NCBI GenBank assembly: GCA_038230375.1
Contig: JBBRNJ010000002.1
Span: forward strand, 128,001-192,000
DNA: 64,000 nt
DNA from: Polyangiales bacterium
Lineage (GTDB): Bacteria > Myxococcota_A > Polyangia > Polyangiales > Polyangiaceae
Direction: 5' to 3'
Program-made: the position numbers and the translations under genes
Shown: one piece after another, positions 39,195 through 48,565 of the stretch
How the letters are laid out: the number at the start of each line of letters is the position of its first letter
How positions within the stretch are numbered: position 1 is the first letter of the stretch
The notes under the pieces: generated by a model
Database searches by the model: none
Seen by the model: the letters and a program-made list of their open reading frames with translations, nothing else
Told to the model about the DNA's origin: nothing

Positions 39195-41429
39195 GTGAGC
39201 GACACCACGCGCATCTCGGCGGTCTCCATTGGCGGTCCGCCCGCCACGCTGATGCAGCTGCCGCGGGGTGGCTACTACGTGCGCACGTCCGCGGGGCCGA
39301 TCCAGTTCGGTGTTCCACCGGAGACCATCAAGGACGTCATGAGCATGAAGCTCGACGTGCCCGTGATGTACGTGCTCCCGCAAGAGCTCTTCGATCGGCT
39401 ACGCGGTCTGTCGATCGCCGAGTTCGAATTCCCTTCGTACTACAACTTCTTCTTGTTGAAGCGGAAGTGCCGGCTGGGCATCGAGAACCGCAGCATCGAG
39501 CGTCGCGTGCGCGCGATCTTCCAGGAGACGCTCTTCGGTCCGCGCGGTGAGCCGCACCCCAGCGAGTTCGCGGACGGCTATCCCGGGGACTGCCGTCCGT
39601 CGTTCAGAAAGGAGAGCGAGTTCTTCCGCTCGCAACCGGGCAAGGGCCGACTCGAGGTGGACGAGCTCGTCGAGTTCGCATCCTTCGACGACGGCAAGTC
39701 GCCCGTGAAGGTCGGCGACACGGTCATCGTGAAGTTCTCCGAGGACACGTACGTCGTCGAGGACGGCGGCACCGTGATCGCGCGTGTGCCGCGCAACATG
39801 CACCTGCCTCCACGAGCGACCGGCCCCGATTCCCCCGATTCCTCCGACGGCCGCGATTCCCGCGCCCCGCCGTGGCGGCCTCCGGAGTTCGGCGTCACGG
39901 TTCTGGGCGCGAGCCACGGGTTTGATCCGCAGGGCAAGACCACGGGCTTTCTCCTGTGGATGGGCGGTCGCGCGATCCTCGTCGACCCACCCACCGACGC
40001 CACGAACTACCTCGCGGAGCGCGGCGTCGCACCCAAGATGATTGACGGCGTCATCCTCACCCACTGCCACGCCGATCACGACGCAGGCACGTTCCAGAAG
40101 ATCCTCGAGGAAGGACAGGTGTCGCTCTACACCACGCCGTTCATCCTCGGGTCGTTCCTCCGGAAGTACGCCGCGCTGTCCGGTCTCGATGAGGGCTTTC
40201 TTCGCTCCACGTTCGCGTTTCATCCCGCGCGCATCGGCGCACCGCTCGACGTCCGCGGTGGCGAGCTCTGGTTTCGCTACACTCTGCACTCCATTCCTGC
40301 GATCGGCGTGGAGGCGTTCTACGGGGGCAGGAGCATCGCCATCTCTGGCGACACCCTCTACGAGCCCACGCGCATCAAGGAGATGTACGACGCGGGCGTG
40401 ATCAAGAAGGGCCGCTACGAGGACCTGTCTGCTTTCCGCGGTCACCACTCCGCATACCTCCACGAGGCCGGCATTCCGCCGCTGCACACGCCCGCCGCCG
40501 CGCTCGCCGCGTTGCCCGAGGACGTGAAGAGCCGCCTGCATCTCGTGCACATCGCGGACAAGGATGTCCCGCAAGGTGTGGGCCTGAAGCACGCGAAGGT
40601 GGGACTCGAGCACACGCTCGTCATCGACACGCCGCAGACCCCCGAGTTCGCAGACGCCATCTCCCTGCTCGAGGCCGTGTCGATGGTGGACTTCCTCGCG
40701 AAGCTGCCGATCACGCGCGCGCGCTCGCTGCTGCAGATGGCGCAGCGCTTCTCGCTGCCCGCGGGCGAGAAGATCGTCTCGCAGGGGACACGTGGAGACA
40801 GCTTCTACATCCTGGTGGCCGGCCTTGTGTCGATCGTGCGCTACGGCAACACGCTGAAGACCTATCGCGCCGGTGACTACTTCGGGGAGACCGCGCTCAT
40901 CCTGAACCAGCCGCGCTCAGCGGACGCCATCGCAAAGACGGACGTGGACCTCATCTCGATCGACCGCAACGACTTCCTCGCGCTCCTGCGCGGAACGGAC
41001 ATCGCGGAGCGGCTGTCGCGCCTTGCCAAGGTGCGTGATGAAGGCATCCTTGGCGTGTTCGATCGCAACTCACTCCTGTCGCGTCTGTCGGCGGGTCAGC
41101 GAAACCACCTGCAGTCGTACATCCAGAGTGAGCACGCACAGGCAAACGCCGTCCTGTGGGCCGACGGAGAGGTCCCTCGCCGCGCATACCTCGTTGGCGC
41201 GGATGCGGAGGTGCTGCTCGAGGAGGAGCTGCGTCCCCCCCGGCGCCTCATCGAGGGCCACTGGGTCGCGGACATCGACGCGATCGCAAACGACAAGCCC
41301 GCGACCAGCCGCGCGCGCGTCTCCCGCCCAGGTTCGCTCTTCTTCGTGGAGCGCCCGGACCTCATGCGGTTCTTCGACGAGAACCCAGGCGTCTACGTCG
41401 CGTTTCTCGGAACAAGGTTCGTCGAGTAG
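39195..41429 (+). CDS. MBL-fold metallo-hydrolase with two C-terminal cNMP-binding domains (PdeD/PdeE-like phosphodiesterase)
   Basis: THCHADHDAG, LHSIP, SGDT, HEAG, VH; cNMP motif GDYFGETAL...PRSA plus a second degenerate CNB domain. Confidence 0.82.
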   Translation: MSDTTRISAVSIGGPPATLMQLPRGGYYVRTSAGPIQFGVPPETIKDVMSMKLDVPVMYVLPQELFDRLRGLSIAEFEFPSYYNFFLLKRKCRLGIENRSIERRVRAIFQETLFGPRGEPHPSEFADGYPGDCRPSFRKESEFFRSQPGKGRLEVDELVEFASFDDGKSPVKVGDTVIVKFSEDTYVVEDGGTVIARVPRNMHLPPRATGPDSPDSSDGRDSRAPPWRPPEFGVTVLGASHGFDPQGKTTGFLLWMGGRAILVDPPTDATNYLAERGVAPKMIDGVILTHCHADHDAGTFQKILEEGQVSLYTTPFILGSFLRKYAALSGLDEGFLRSTFAFHPARIGAPLDVRGGELWFRYTLHSIPAIGVEAFYGGRSIAISGDTLYEPTRIKEMYDAGVIKKGRYEDLSAFRGHHSAYLHEAGIPPLHTPAAALAALPEDVKSRLHLVHIADKDVPQGVGLKHAKVGLEHTLVIDTPQTPEFADAISLLEAVSMVDFLAKLPITRARSLLQMAQRFSLPAGEKIVSQGTRGDSFYILVAGLVSIVRYGNTLKTYRAGDYFGETALILNQPRSADAIAKTDVDLISIDRNDFLALLRGTDIAERLSRLAKVRDEGILGVFDRNSLLSRLSAGQRNHLQSYIQSEHAQANAVLWADGEVPRRAYLVGADAEVLLEEELRPPRRLIEGHWVADIDAIANDKPATSRARVSRPGSLFFVERPDLMRFFDENPGVYVAFLGTRFVE

Positions 41430-41436
41430 AGCAAGC

Positions 41437-42396
41437 TCAGGGGTTTGCTCGGACCCACTCAGCTACGGTCTTCAGGCCTTCTTGTAGCTTCACGCGTGGG
41501 GTCCAGTGGAGCTCGGTGTTGGCCTTTGCGATGTCGGCGAAGGTTGCGTCCACGTCGCCAAGGGGGACCGGGGCGCGCACGACGTTGGGCTCGCGGCCGA
41601 CGGCTTGACCTAGCGCCACGATCAGGTCGGCCAGCGTGATCGGCGCGCCGGAGCCCAGGTTGTATACGCGGAAGCCGGGGTCGCTGTGATCGTACGCTGC
41701 GAGCACGCCGCGCGTGATGTCGTCTACGTGCGTGAAGTCTCGCTTCATGGAGCCGTCCCCGAACATGGTGATGGGCTCACCTGCGATGATCTTCCGCGCG
41801 AAGAGCGTGATGGCCATCTCCGGGCGCTGGCGCGGTCCGTAGACCGTGAAGAAGCGGAGGCCCGTGCACGCGACGTGTCTTGCCTTGAGCGAGAGTGCGG
41901 AGAGCACGAGCTCGGCGCCGCGCTTCGATGCTGCATACGGCGACTCGGGGCTGACGGCAGGCGCGGACTCCAGCGCGGGGAGCGGTGTGGCGTTGCCGTA
42001 CACCGAGGAGCTGGACGCGGACACCACACGCGTGATGCCCGCTGCGAGGGCGAGCTCGAACACGCTGGCGGTGCCCTCCACGTTGACGCGGGCGTATCGT
42101 GTGGGGTCGTCGAAGCTGGGGCGCACGCCTGCGATCCCCGCCAGGTGAATCACGCCGCTGGCACCGGAAAATACGCTCTTCAGCGCGGCGGCGTCCGTGA
42201 TGCACGCGCGGACGGTGTGGAGCTTGTTGCCGAACTCCTGGTGGAGGTCGCGGTCGTTCCGATCTTTCATCGCGGTAGGGTAGGGAGCCGCGGAGAAGTC
42301 ATCCACGATCACGACGTCGTCACCGCGTCCGAGCAGCGCCCTTGCGACGTGGAACCCGATGAAGCCCACGCCACCCGTGAGGACGACACGCGCCAT
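41437..42396 (-). CDS. NAD-dependent nucleotide-sugar epimerase (UDP-glucuronate 4-epimerase-like)
   Basis: TGGVGFIG, HLAGIAGVRPS, SSSSVYG, YAASK, RFFTVYGP.QRP, RDFTHVDD. Confidence 0.88.
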   Translation of the reverse strand: MARVVLTGGVGFIGFHVARALLGRGDDVVIVDDFSAAPYPTAMKDRNDRDLHQEFGNKLHTVRACITDAAALKSVFSGASGVIHLAGIAGVRPSFDDPTRYARVNVEGTASVFELALAAGITRVVSASSSSVYGNATPLPALESAPAVSPESPYAASKRGAELVLSALSLKARHVACTGLRFFTVYGPRQRPEMAITLFARKIIAGEPITMFGDGSMKRDFTHVDDITRGVLAAYDHSDPGFRVYNLGSGAPITLADLIVALGQAVGREPNVVRAPVPLGDVDATFADIAKANTELHWTPRVKLQEGLKTVAEWVRANP

Positions 42397-42397
42397 G

Positions 42398-43750
42398 TCA
42401 GCGCTGCGACGGGCGGTCGGCCACCCGCGGCACTCCTTGCGTCACGCCCACGCCCTGGTAGCGAAGGCCCGCGCGCGTCACGTCCTGCGGTCGCCAGATG
42501 TTGCGCGCGTCGACGATGACCGCCGGTTGACCGTTGGGCCCGCTCGCCATGCGGCGCTTCATCTCCGCGAAGTTCGGCGCACGGTAGCTGCGCCACTCCG
42601 TGAGAAGCACGAGCGCATGCGCACCGTCGAGGGCGTCGTAGTCGCGGTCGACCACCTTGGCACGCGCGCCGACGGCAGCGACATAGTTCACGCCGGCCTC
42701 CGGGTCGTGCCCGATGACGTGCGCCCCCTTCTCCAGGAGCGCCTCCGTCAGCCTGAGGGACGGTGCCTCGCGAATGTCGTCGGTCTCTGGCTTGAACGCC
42801 AGGCCCCAGAGCGCGATCTGCTTGCCCGCGACGCCGCCGAGCGTGCGCTCGACGAGCTGCACGATGAACGCAGCCTGCTCCTCGTTGGCCAGGTGCGTGG
42901 CCTCTGCGAGCCGCATGGGTACGCCGAACTTCTTGCCCAGCGCGCTGAGCGCCTGCACGTCCTTCGGGAAACAAGAGCCGCCATAGCCGGGGCCGGAGTA
43001 GAGGAACTTCTTTCCGATGCGCGTGTCGGTGCCAACGCCAAGCCGGACGGAGTGCACGTCCGCGCCAGTGGCATGGCAGAGGCGCGAGAGCTCGTTCATG
43101 AAGGACACGCGCATCGCGAGCATGGTGTTGGCCGCGTACTTGATGAGCTCGCTGGAGCGCGGGTCGGTGACGACGAGGCGCTCACCGGAGAGCTGCAGCG
43201 GGGCATAGAGATCGCGAAGCGTCTGACGCGCCGCCTCGCTCCGCGCGCCCAGCACGATGCGGTCGGGCTTGAAGAAGTCCGTGACCGCGTCGCCCTCCTT
43301 GAGAAACTCCGGGTTGGAGACGACCTCGAGCTCCACGGGGGCATGGGCAAGACGCGACTGCACTTCGTCGCAGGTGCCGACCGGCACGGTGCTCTTCACC
43401 ACGACCAGCGCCTTCGCTTTGGCAACCTTCGCGATCTCTTCGGCGACCTTGAAGACCGCGGAGACGTCTGCAGAGCCGTCGGCCTTGGCCGGCGTACCCA
43501 CGGCGATGAAATAGGCGTCGGCCTCTTGCCACTCCGTGGTCACCTCGGTGCCAAAGGTGAGCCGCTTGTTCTTCTGGTTGCGCCTGACGAGGTCCGACAG
43601 GCCAGGCTCGTAGATGGGGATGTTGCCACCACGCAGCCGCTCGATCTTCCCGGGATCGATGTCATAGATGAGGACGTCGTGGCCCAGGTCGGACAGACCG
43701 GTGCCGGTGACCAGGCCAACGTATCCGGCTCCAAAAACGACAAGACGCAT
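42398..43750 (-). CDS. ugd: UDP-glucose 6-dehydrogenase
   Basis: GAGYVGL, VKSTVP, SNPEFLKEG, KYAAN, GYGGSCFPKD, GLAFKPETDD.RE. Confidence 0.93.
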   Translation of the reverse strand: MRLVVFGAGYVGLVTGTGLSDLGHDVLIYDIDPGKIERLRGGNIPIYEPGLSDLVRRNQKNKRLTFGTEVTTEWQEADAYFIAVGTPAKADGSADVSAVFKVAEEIAKVAKAKALVVVKSTVPVGTCDEVQSRLAHAPVELEVVSNPEFLKEGDAVTDFFKPDRIVLGARSEAARQTLRDLYAPLQLSGERLVVTDPRSSELIKYAANTMLAMRVSFMNELSRLCHATGADVHSVRLGVGTDTRIGKKFLYSGPGYGGSCFPKDVQALSALGKKFGVPMRLAEATHLANEEQAAFIVQLVERTLGGVAGKQIALWGLAFKPETDDIREAPSLRLTEALLEKGAHVIGHDPEAGVNYVAAVGARAKVVDRDYDALDGAHALVLLTEWRSYRAPNFAEMKRRMASGPNGQPAVIVDARNIWRPQDVTRAGLRYQGVGVTQGVPRVADRPSQR

Positions 43751-43765
43751 GTGATCTGAAGTTCT

Positions 43766-45523
43766 CTACTGAAGACCACGAGAGCTGTACAGCCACCACC
43801 CGCCGCGGTGATCCACGAGGTGCAGGTTCTGTGGTGCGCCGGTGCCGCTCGCGTCTGGACGCGTCCGCATGAGGATGTAGTCCCAGTCGCCCAGGTCGTA
43901 GGCGGGCCAGTCCACGAAGGTGAGCCCGCTCTCCGAGTAGGTGCTGGGCAGGCGCAGCGCTGGGTTCTGCGCGGTGGGATACAGCGCGGAGCCCTGGTGG
44001 AACCACACGTCGGACACCACGATCGGCCGCTCGGCGAGGACCAGCTTGTCGTAGTGCACGAACGGGTGCGCTGCGAACACATCGCTGTCCGGATCGAGCG
44101 GCAGGTTGAGCACGCGCGCTTCGACGGGAACCTTCGCGAGCACCTCGCGGTAGCCGCGCGCCTCGTCCTGGAAGCGATAGCTCGAGAGCAGCGCCATGGA
44201 CACAACGGCCAGCGCCGCGATGGGCGCGCCCAGCTCGAGGATCGCGCGATGCGTGGGGCCGATGCGATCGCGGTGGATCGAGAGCAGCGCCAGATAGAGC
44301 ACGATCGGAAGCAGACGGGCGTCCACGAAGCCGAACCAGCCGATGGAGTGCGGGAGTGCGGCGAAGATGACGAACAGCGCCAGCGCGCCAGTGCGCAGCG
44401 TGCGCGCGTAGTACGCACGTGTATCGATCTCGCTCGTACGAGCCGCAGTGTCACTGATGGGGCCGGACTCGGACCTGGCCTTCGGCAACGAGCGAAGCAC
44501 CGCGGACACCGCGAAGATCCAGATACCGACGCCCACGAGCAGGTCCACGCCAGTGCGGGTCATCAGGGTGGGCGTGAGGAGCAGGCTCAGCTTGTCGAGG
44601 AGGCCCTGGAAGTGCGGGACCATGTTCTGCGCAGCGACCGGCGCAGAGCCAAGCGGACGGGTGCCTCCACGCTCGATGAAGGCGACCCAGCCAGCGAGCG
44701 CAACCGCAGGGAGCAGCGCGCGCCACCGCAGCGCCACGGCGAGCCTGGCCTTCATGGGCTTGGTCTGGACGGCGCCGGTCGCGCCTGTCGCGCAGGCCGC
44801 GGAGAGGAACGCGACGAACATGTAGAGCAGGAACGCGTGCCCATGCGCCACGAACACGAGCGGCGAGAACACCGCGACAAGCAGCTCCTTGTTGCGTGTC
44901 TTGGCGGTGCTCTCACCCGCGTTTGCCGCTCCTGCGAGCGTCATCCAGAACGTCATGCCCACGAGCATGACGGAGACGCCGAGCAGGTAGCTCGCGAAGC
45001 CGAGCAGCGTCATGAGCCCGAACCCGAGCGCCAGCCCGACGAACGCGTAGGTGGGACCACCCTCACCGAAGAGACGCTTCCGCGCGAACGCGAGCGCGAG
45101 CGGGGTTGCGATCACCGGGAGGCATGCGATGGCGCGCACGGCGCGGACGGGGCCAATGAGGCCCACGAGACACTCGCCCAGGAAACGGAAGAGTGAGTAC
45201 GGCCCCAGGTGCGGTGCGAGCACGAAGAAGCGCTGCTCGAAGGCGGAGTCCGCGAAGCGATGCCGCATCGCGATGAGGCCAGCGTGGGCCGGAAGATCCT
45301 GGAACGGCAGCGCATCGAAGGCCCAGAAGACGAGTACTCCGAGCGACAGCAGCGCCCCGAAGGCAGGCCAGCCCGTGAGGTGCGCTCGCACACGGGTCTT
45401 GTCTTGACCGCCAGCGGCCGAAAATCCGGGAGAGATGGGTGCTGGGGGCGCGGGCATGGAGCCGCCTACGGGGCCGTTTTCGACCTCGTCGCGCGTCGGA
45501 TCCGGTGCGGCCTGAGGCGCCAT
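43766..45523 (-). CDS. polytopic membrane protein, GT-C-like
   Basis: About 12 TM segments, first loop PFQDLPAH, extracytoplasmic C-terminal domain; start uncertain. Confidence 0.65.
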   Translation of the reverse strand: MAPQAAPDPTRDEVENGPVGGSMPAPPAPISPGFSAAGGQDKTRVRAHLTGWPAFGALLSLGVLVFWAFDALPFQDLPAHAGLIAMRHRFADSAFEQRFFVLAPHLGPYSLFRFLGECLVGLIGPVRAVRAIACLPVIATPLALAFARKRLFGEGGPTYAFVGLALGFGLMTLLGFASYLLGVSVMLVGMTFWMTLAGAANAGESTAKTRNKELLVAVFSPLVFVAHGHAFLLYMFVAFLSAACATGATGAVQTKPMKARLAVALRWRALLPAVALAGWVAFIERGGTRPLGSAPVAAQNMVPHFQGLLDKLSLLLTPTLMTRTGVDLLVGVGIWIFAVSAVLRSLPKARSESGPISDTAARTSEIDTRAYYARTLRTGALALFVIFAALPHSIGWFGFVDARLLPIVLYLALLSIHRDRIGPTHRAILELGAPIAALAVVSMALLSSYRFQDEARGYREVLAKVPVEARVLNLPLDPDSDVFAAHPFVHYDKLVLAERPIVVSDVWFHQGSALYPTAQNPALRLPSTYSESGLTFVDWPAYDLGDWDYILMRTRPDASGTGAPQNLHLVDHRGGWWLYSSRGLQ

Positions 45524-45551
45524 TTGAAGCCCGCGGAGCATAGCCGCAAAG

Positions 45552-47318
45552 ATGCCGTCGCGCCCCTCTTTGTCGCGAATATCCGTGCGAATTTTGGTAA
45601 CGGGAGCTGTGCCGATTTTCCCCAACGTGCGGGCGTTTCTACGCACGCCGCGGGCGTGGATACTCTGCGTCTTCGTGCTGATGAACGTGCCGGGCCTGAA
45701 CTGGGGGCTCCCGGCGTCGGACGGCTGGGACAACGACGGAATTGCGCCCCGGGATTTCTTGGCGGGCCTGGTGGAGACCTTCACGCCGGGCCACTACTAC
45801 CAATATCCCCCTGTTCAGCTGATCCTGCTCGGCGTCCTGACGCTGCCTGTCACCCTGATCGGCCTCGCGAACGCGGCCAGCCTGTCGCCGGCAGACGTCA
45901 TCGCGGAGATGGTCAAGGTGCCGTACATGACGGCCATCGCGCTCATCGCGCGCTGCGTGTCGCTGCTCATGGCCGCGGGGACCATCAACGCCGTCTCGCG
46001 CATGGTCGAGGAGGTGAGGGGAGAGCGCGCCTCGCTCTTCGCGCTCGCGTTCGGGGCGTTGAATGCGCCGCTCGTTTACTACGGGCGAACGAGCAACCTC
46101 GACGTGCCGTACATGTTCTTCGCGTCGGTCGCGATGCTTGCGTTGGTCCGGGCTCTCGCGCGCAAGGAGCCCGCGCGTCTACGGCGCTTCGCCATCTTCG
46201 CCGTGCTGGCCGTGGGTACGAAGGACCAGGCATACGCCCTCTTCCTGGGCGCCGTTCCAGTGGCGTTCGCGCTGTGGATATGGCGTTCCCCGTGGGCGGC
46301 CACGCGCAAGAGAGCGCTCGCGCTGATGGCACTGAAGCTGCTCGCGCTCTCCGTGGTGCTGCTCTTCGTGGTGGACCTGGTGCCGTTCAACCCGAGCGGC
46401 TTCCGCGCGCGCATTCATTTCCTGGTCGGCTCCGCCAGCCAGGATTATGTGCACTATACAAATGATTGGACGGGCCGCTTCCGCGTGCTCCAGGACATCG
46501 TCACGAACTCGCCGCGCTACTACTCGGTGCCGGCGCTGGTGCTTGCGGTCGTCGGTGGCGCGCTGGGGGTGTCCAAGATCAAGGACAGGGACGTGCGTCT
46601 TGCCGCGCTGATCCCGCTGTTCTGTGCGGTCTCGTACACGATGTTCTTCAACTGCGTCGCGCGCCGCACCGACCACCGGTTCGTGCTGCCGCAGATGATC
46701 CTCCTTGCGGGGTACGGCGGCATTGCGCTCGATCTGCTCACCACGCAGCGGGTGAAGTGGCGGTTCTGGGCCTCGTGGGTCATCACCGTCTGCATGGGTG
46801 GGGCTGCGGTGTTCGGGTGCGCGTCCGTGACCGCCCAGCTCCTCCTGGACCCGCGCTACGACGCGGAGGCATGGCTGCACGAGCACGTGCGGCCGGGCGA
46901 TCTCATCGAGACCCATTCGCTGAATGTGTATCTTCTCCGCTTCCCGCACGACGCCCGCATCATTCGCGTGGGGCCCGACCCGGTGCAGCACCGCAACCCG
47001 ATGCCAGGCATCACGGAGGTCCAGGACGAGTACGGCCACGCGGAGGCGCGCAACGCCCGCTTCATCGTCGTCAGCGAGGGCTGGGCCTGGCGCTACCTGC
47101 TGGATCCCAAGGTTCATCTGGAGCCGGGCCGCGTGTTGCCACCGACGCAGATCAAGACGGGGAGCGATCTCGACGGCTCCACCTTCTTCCAGGCGCTGCT
47201 CGACAACCGTCGCGGCTTCCATCGGGTGCACAACTCCACCTGGTCGAGCCACGTCTTCCCGCGGCTCGATTTCCACGCGAGCACCTCACGCGAGATCTGG
47301 ATCTTCGAGCGCAACTAG
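45552..47318 (+). CDS. ArnT/PMT-like (GT-C) membrane glycosyltransferase
   Basis: NWGLP...WDND, YPP, ARCVS, N.DVP, GTKDQ, RF.LP; multiple TMs and a C-terminal soluble domain. Confidence 0.75.
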   Translation: MPSRPSLSRISVRILVTGAVPIFPNVRAFLRTPRAWILCVFVLMNVPGLNWGLPASDGWDNDGIAPRDFLAGLVETFTPGHYYQYPPVQLILLGVLTLPVTLIGLANAASLSPADVIAEMVKVPYMTAIALIARCVSLLMAAGTINAVSRMVEEVRGERASLFALAFGALNAPLVYYGRTSNLDVPYMFFASVAMLALVRALARKEPARLRRFAIFAVLAVGTKDQAYALFLGAVPVAFALWIWRSPWAATRKRALALMALKLLALSVVLLFVVDLVPFNPSGFRARIHFLVGSASQDYVHYTNDWTGRFRVLQDIVTNSPRYYSVPALVLAVVGGALGVSKIKDRDVRLAALIPLFCAVSYTMFFNCVARRTDHRFVLPQMILLAGYGGIALDLLTTQRVKWRFWASWVITVCMGGAAVFGCASVTAQLLLDPRYDAEAWLHEHVRPGDLIETHSLNVYLLRFPHDARIIRVGPDPVQHRNPMPGITEVQDEYGHAEARNARFIVVSEGWAWRYLLDPKVHLEPGRVLPPTQIKTGSDLDGSTFFQALLDNRRGFHRVHNSTWSSHVFPRLDFHASTSREIWIFERN

Positions 47319-47345
47319 TTCTACTGCGGGAACTGAAAAACGCGG
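47315..47345 (+). repeat. truncated second copy of the MITE-like left end
   Basis: CTAGTTCTACTGCGGGAA identical to 16496-16513; TGAAAAACGCGG identical to 16560-16571. Confidence 0.7.
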
Positions 47346-47396
47346 AGCGGGCACGAATTTGCCCTGACGTTGTCGACCCTGACAACATGGCGGCGC

Positions 47397-47642
47397 ATGC
47401 CTGCGCTCGTCGACCGGGGGCTCCATTTTGCTGCGTCCCTGAGCCAGGCAGGCGGACCGTGGGCAAGGGCTGCGCTGCGCCATGTCTCCGAGCACACGGG
47501 CATCCCCATCGTGCTGGTCGCCGCCATCGGGCTGGTGATCAGCTACCGCACCGCGAAGCGAATGCTGCGGTTCGCCGTCGAGGTCGGGGTCGCGCTCGTC
47601 CTCGTGGTGGCGCTGACCGAGCTGGGGTGGATAAAGTTCTAG
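47397..47642 (+). CDS. small membrane protein
   Basis: Two hydrophobic segments; 1 bp before the next ORF. Confidence 0.6.
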   Translation: MPALVDRGLHFAASLSQAGGPWARAALRHVSEHTGIPIVLVAAIGLVISYRTAKRMLRFAVEVGVALVLVVALTELGWIKF

Positions 47643-47643
47643 T

Positions 47644-48450
47644 GTGTCGCTGATCCCGATCGAGCATCCGCGAAGGCTCGCGTCGCCTGCGGATGCCGCT
47701 CGCTTCTTCCGCGGGCTACGTCTTTTTCCTGGGCTCGCGGAGACGCGCGTGTCCGCCCGCGGTTTCCACACGCGGGACCTGTCGCGCGTGTCGCGCGTGG
47801 TGGATGCGCTCCCCACGAAACACGAGAGCACCGTGTCTTTCGAGGGCGGGGTGCTCGGCCCCGCCGCGCTCTCTGCGCTCTCTGCGCTCACGATGACGCC
47901 GTTCGACTACCTGGACCTGCGAAGCAGCGACGCGAGTCTTCGCGTGTGGCCGGCGCGCCACGCGTGGGTCTTCTCGTCGCGCTCCCACGCGGACGCGGAG
48001 GAGGTGCTCGGCGTTTCGCTCGCGCCAGGGAAGAACGTGCTCGCGGACGCGGAGATCACGCTCGAGCAGGGGGACGTGGGGTATCCCATCTGGATGGAGA
48101 CGCGCTCGATTCCGCGGGCGTTCTCGTTCTTCCGCGCGCTCACGAGCGACGCGTTCGAGCGTGGGTGCATCATGCAGCCGCACGCGCAGGCGAAGGCATC
48201 GCTCGTGGCGTGGATCGCGGCCCTGCAGTCGAAGGTGAACGCCGTTCTGGACCTGGAGGTCGACGTCGCGCGCGCGCTGACGGAGGCCTTTCCGGGCGAA
48301 TCTCTGGACTGGCAGTCGGATGGCATCCTGGTCGAATTTCCGGAGGGCCGCATACACGGCTTCCTCGTGACCCCGAACACCGGCGAGCGCGAGCAGAAGC
48401 GCTGGCTCGCGCGGATCGACAAGGCACTGCGTCGCGCCGACCTCGCGTAG
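47644..48450 (+). CDS. hypothetical protein
   Basis: Long ORF with host-like codon bias. Confidence 0.6.
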   Translation: MSLIPIEHPRRLASPADAARFFRGLRLFPGLAETRVSARGFHTRDLSRVSRVVDALPTKHESTVSFEGGVLGPAALSALSALTMTPFDYLDLRSSDASLRVWPARHAWVFSSRSHADAEEVLGVSLAPGKNVLADAEITLEQGDVGYPIWMETRSIPRAFSFFRALTSDAFERGCIMQPHAQAKASLVAWIAALQSKVNAVLDLEVDVARALTEAFPGESLDWQSDGILVEFPEGRIHGFLVTPNTGEREQKRWLARIDKALRRADLA

Positions 48451-48538
48451 GTCGAGGTCGAGGTCGAGGTCGACGTCGAAGTCAGGGTCGAGGTCGAGGT
48501 CGGGGTCGGGGTCGACGTCGAAGTCAGGGTCGATGTCG
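48449..48538. repeat. intergenic degenerate hexamer array (NNGTCR x15) with a 42-bp higher-order duplication
   Basis: Units AGGTCG, GGGTCG, ACGTCG, AAGTCA; units 1-7 and 8-14 differ at only 2 positions. Confidence 0.9.
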
Positions 48539-48565
48539 GCTTCGAATGTCGCTACATTGGCGCCC

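Noticed and set aside
43760..43775. GTTCTCTACTG as a third MITE end
   Set aside because: The match is too short and lacks the GCGGGA core
48449..48538. CRISPR array, or a coding Asp-rich repeat in ORF 47716..48591
   Set aside because: No unique spacers or cas genes; the minus-strand ORF is an antisense shadow of real plus-strand genes
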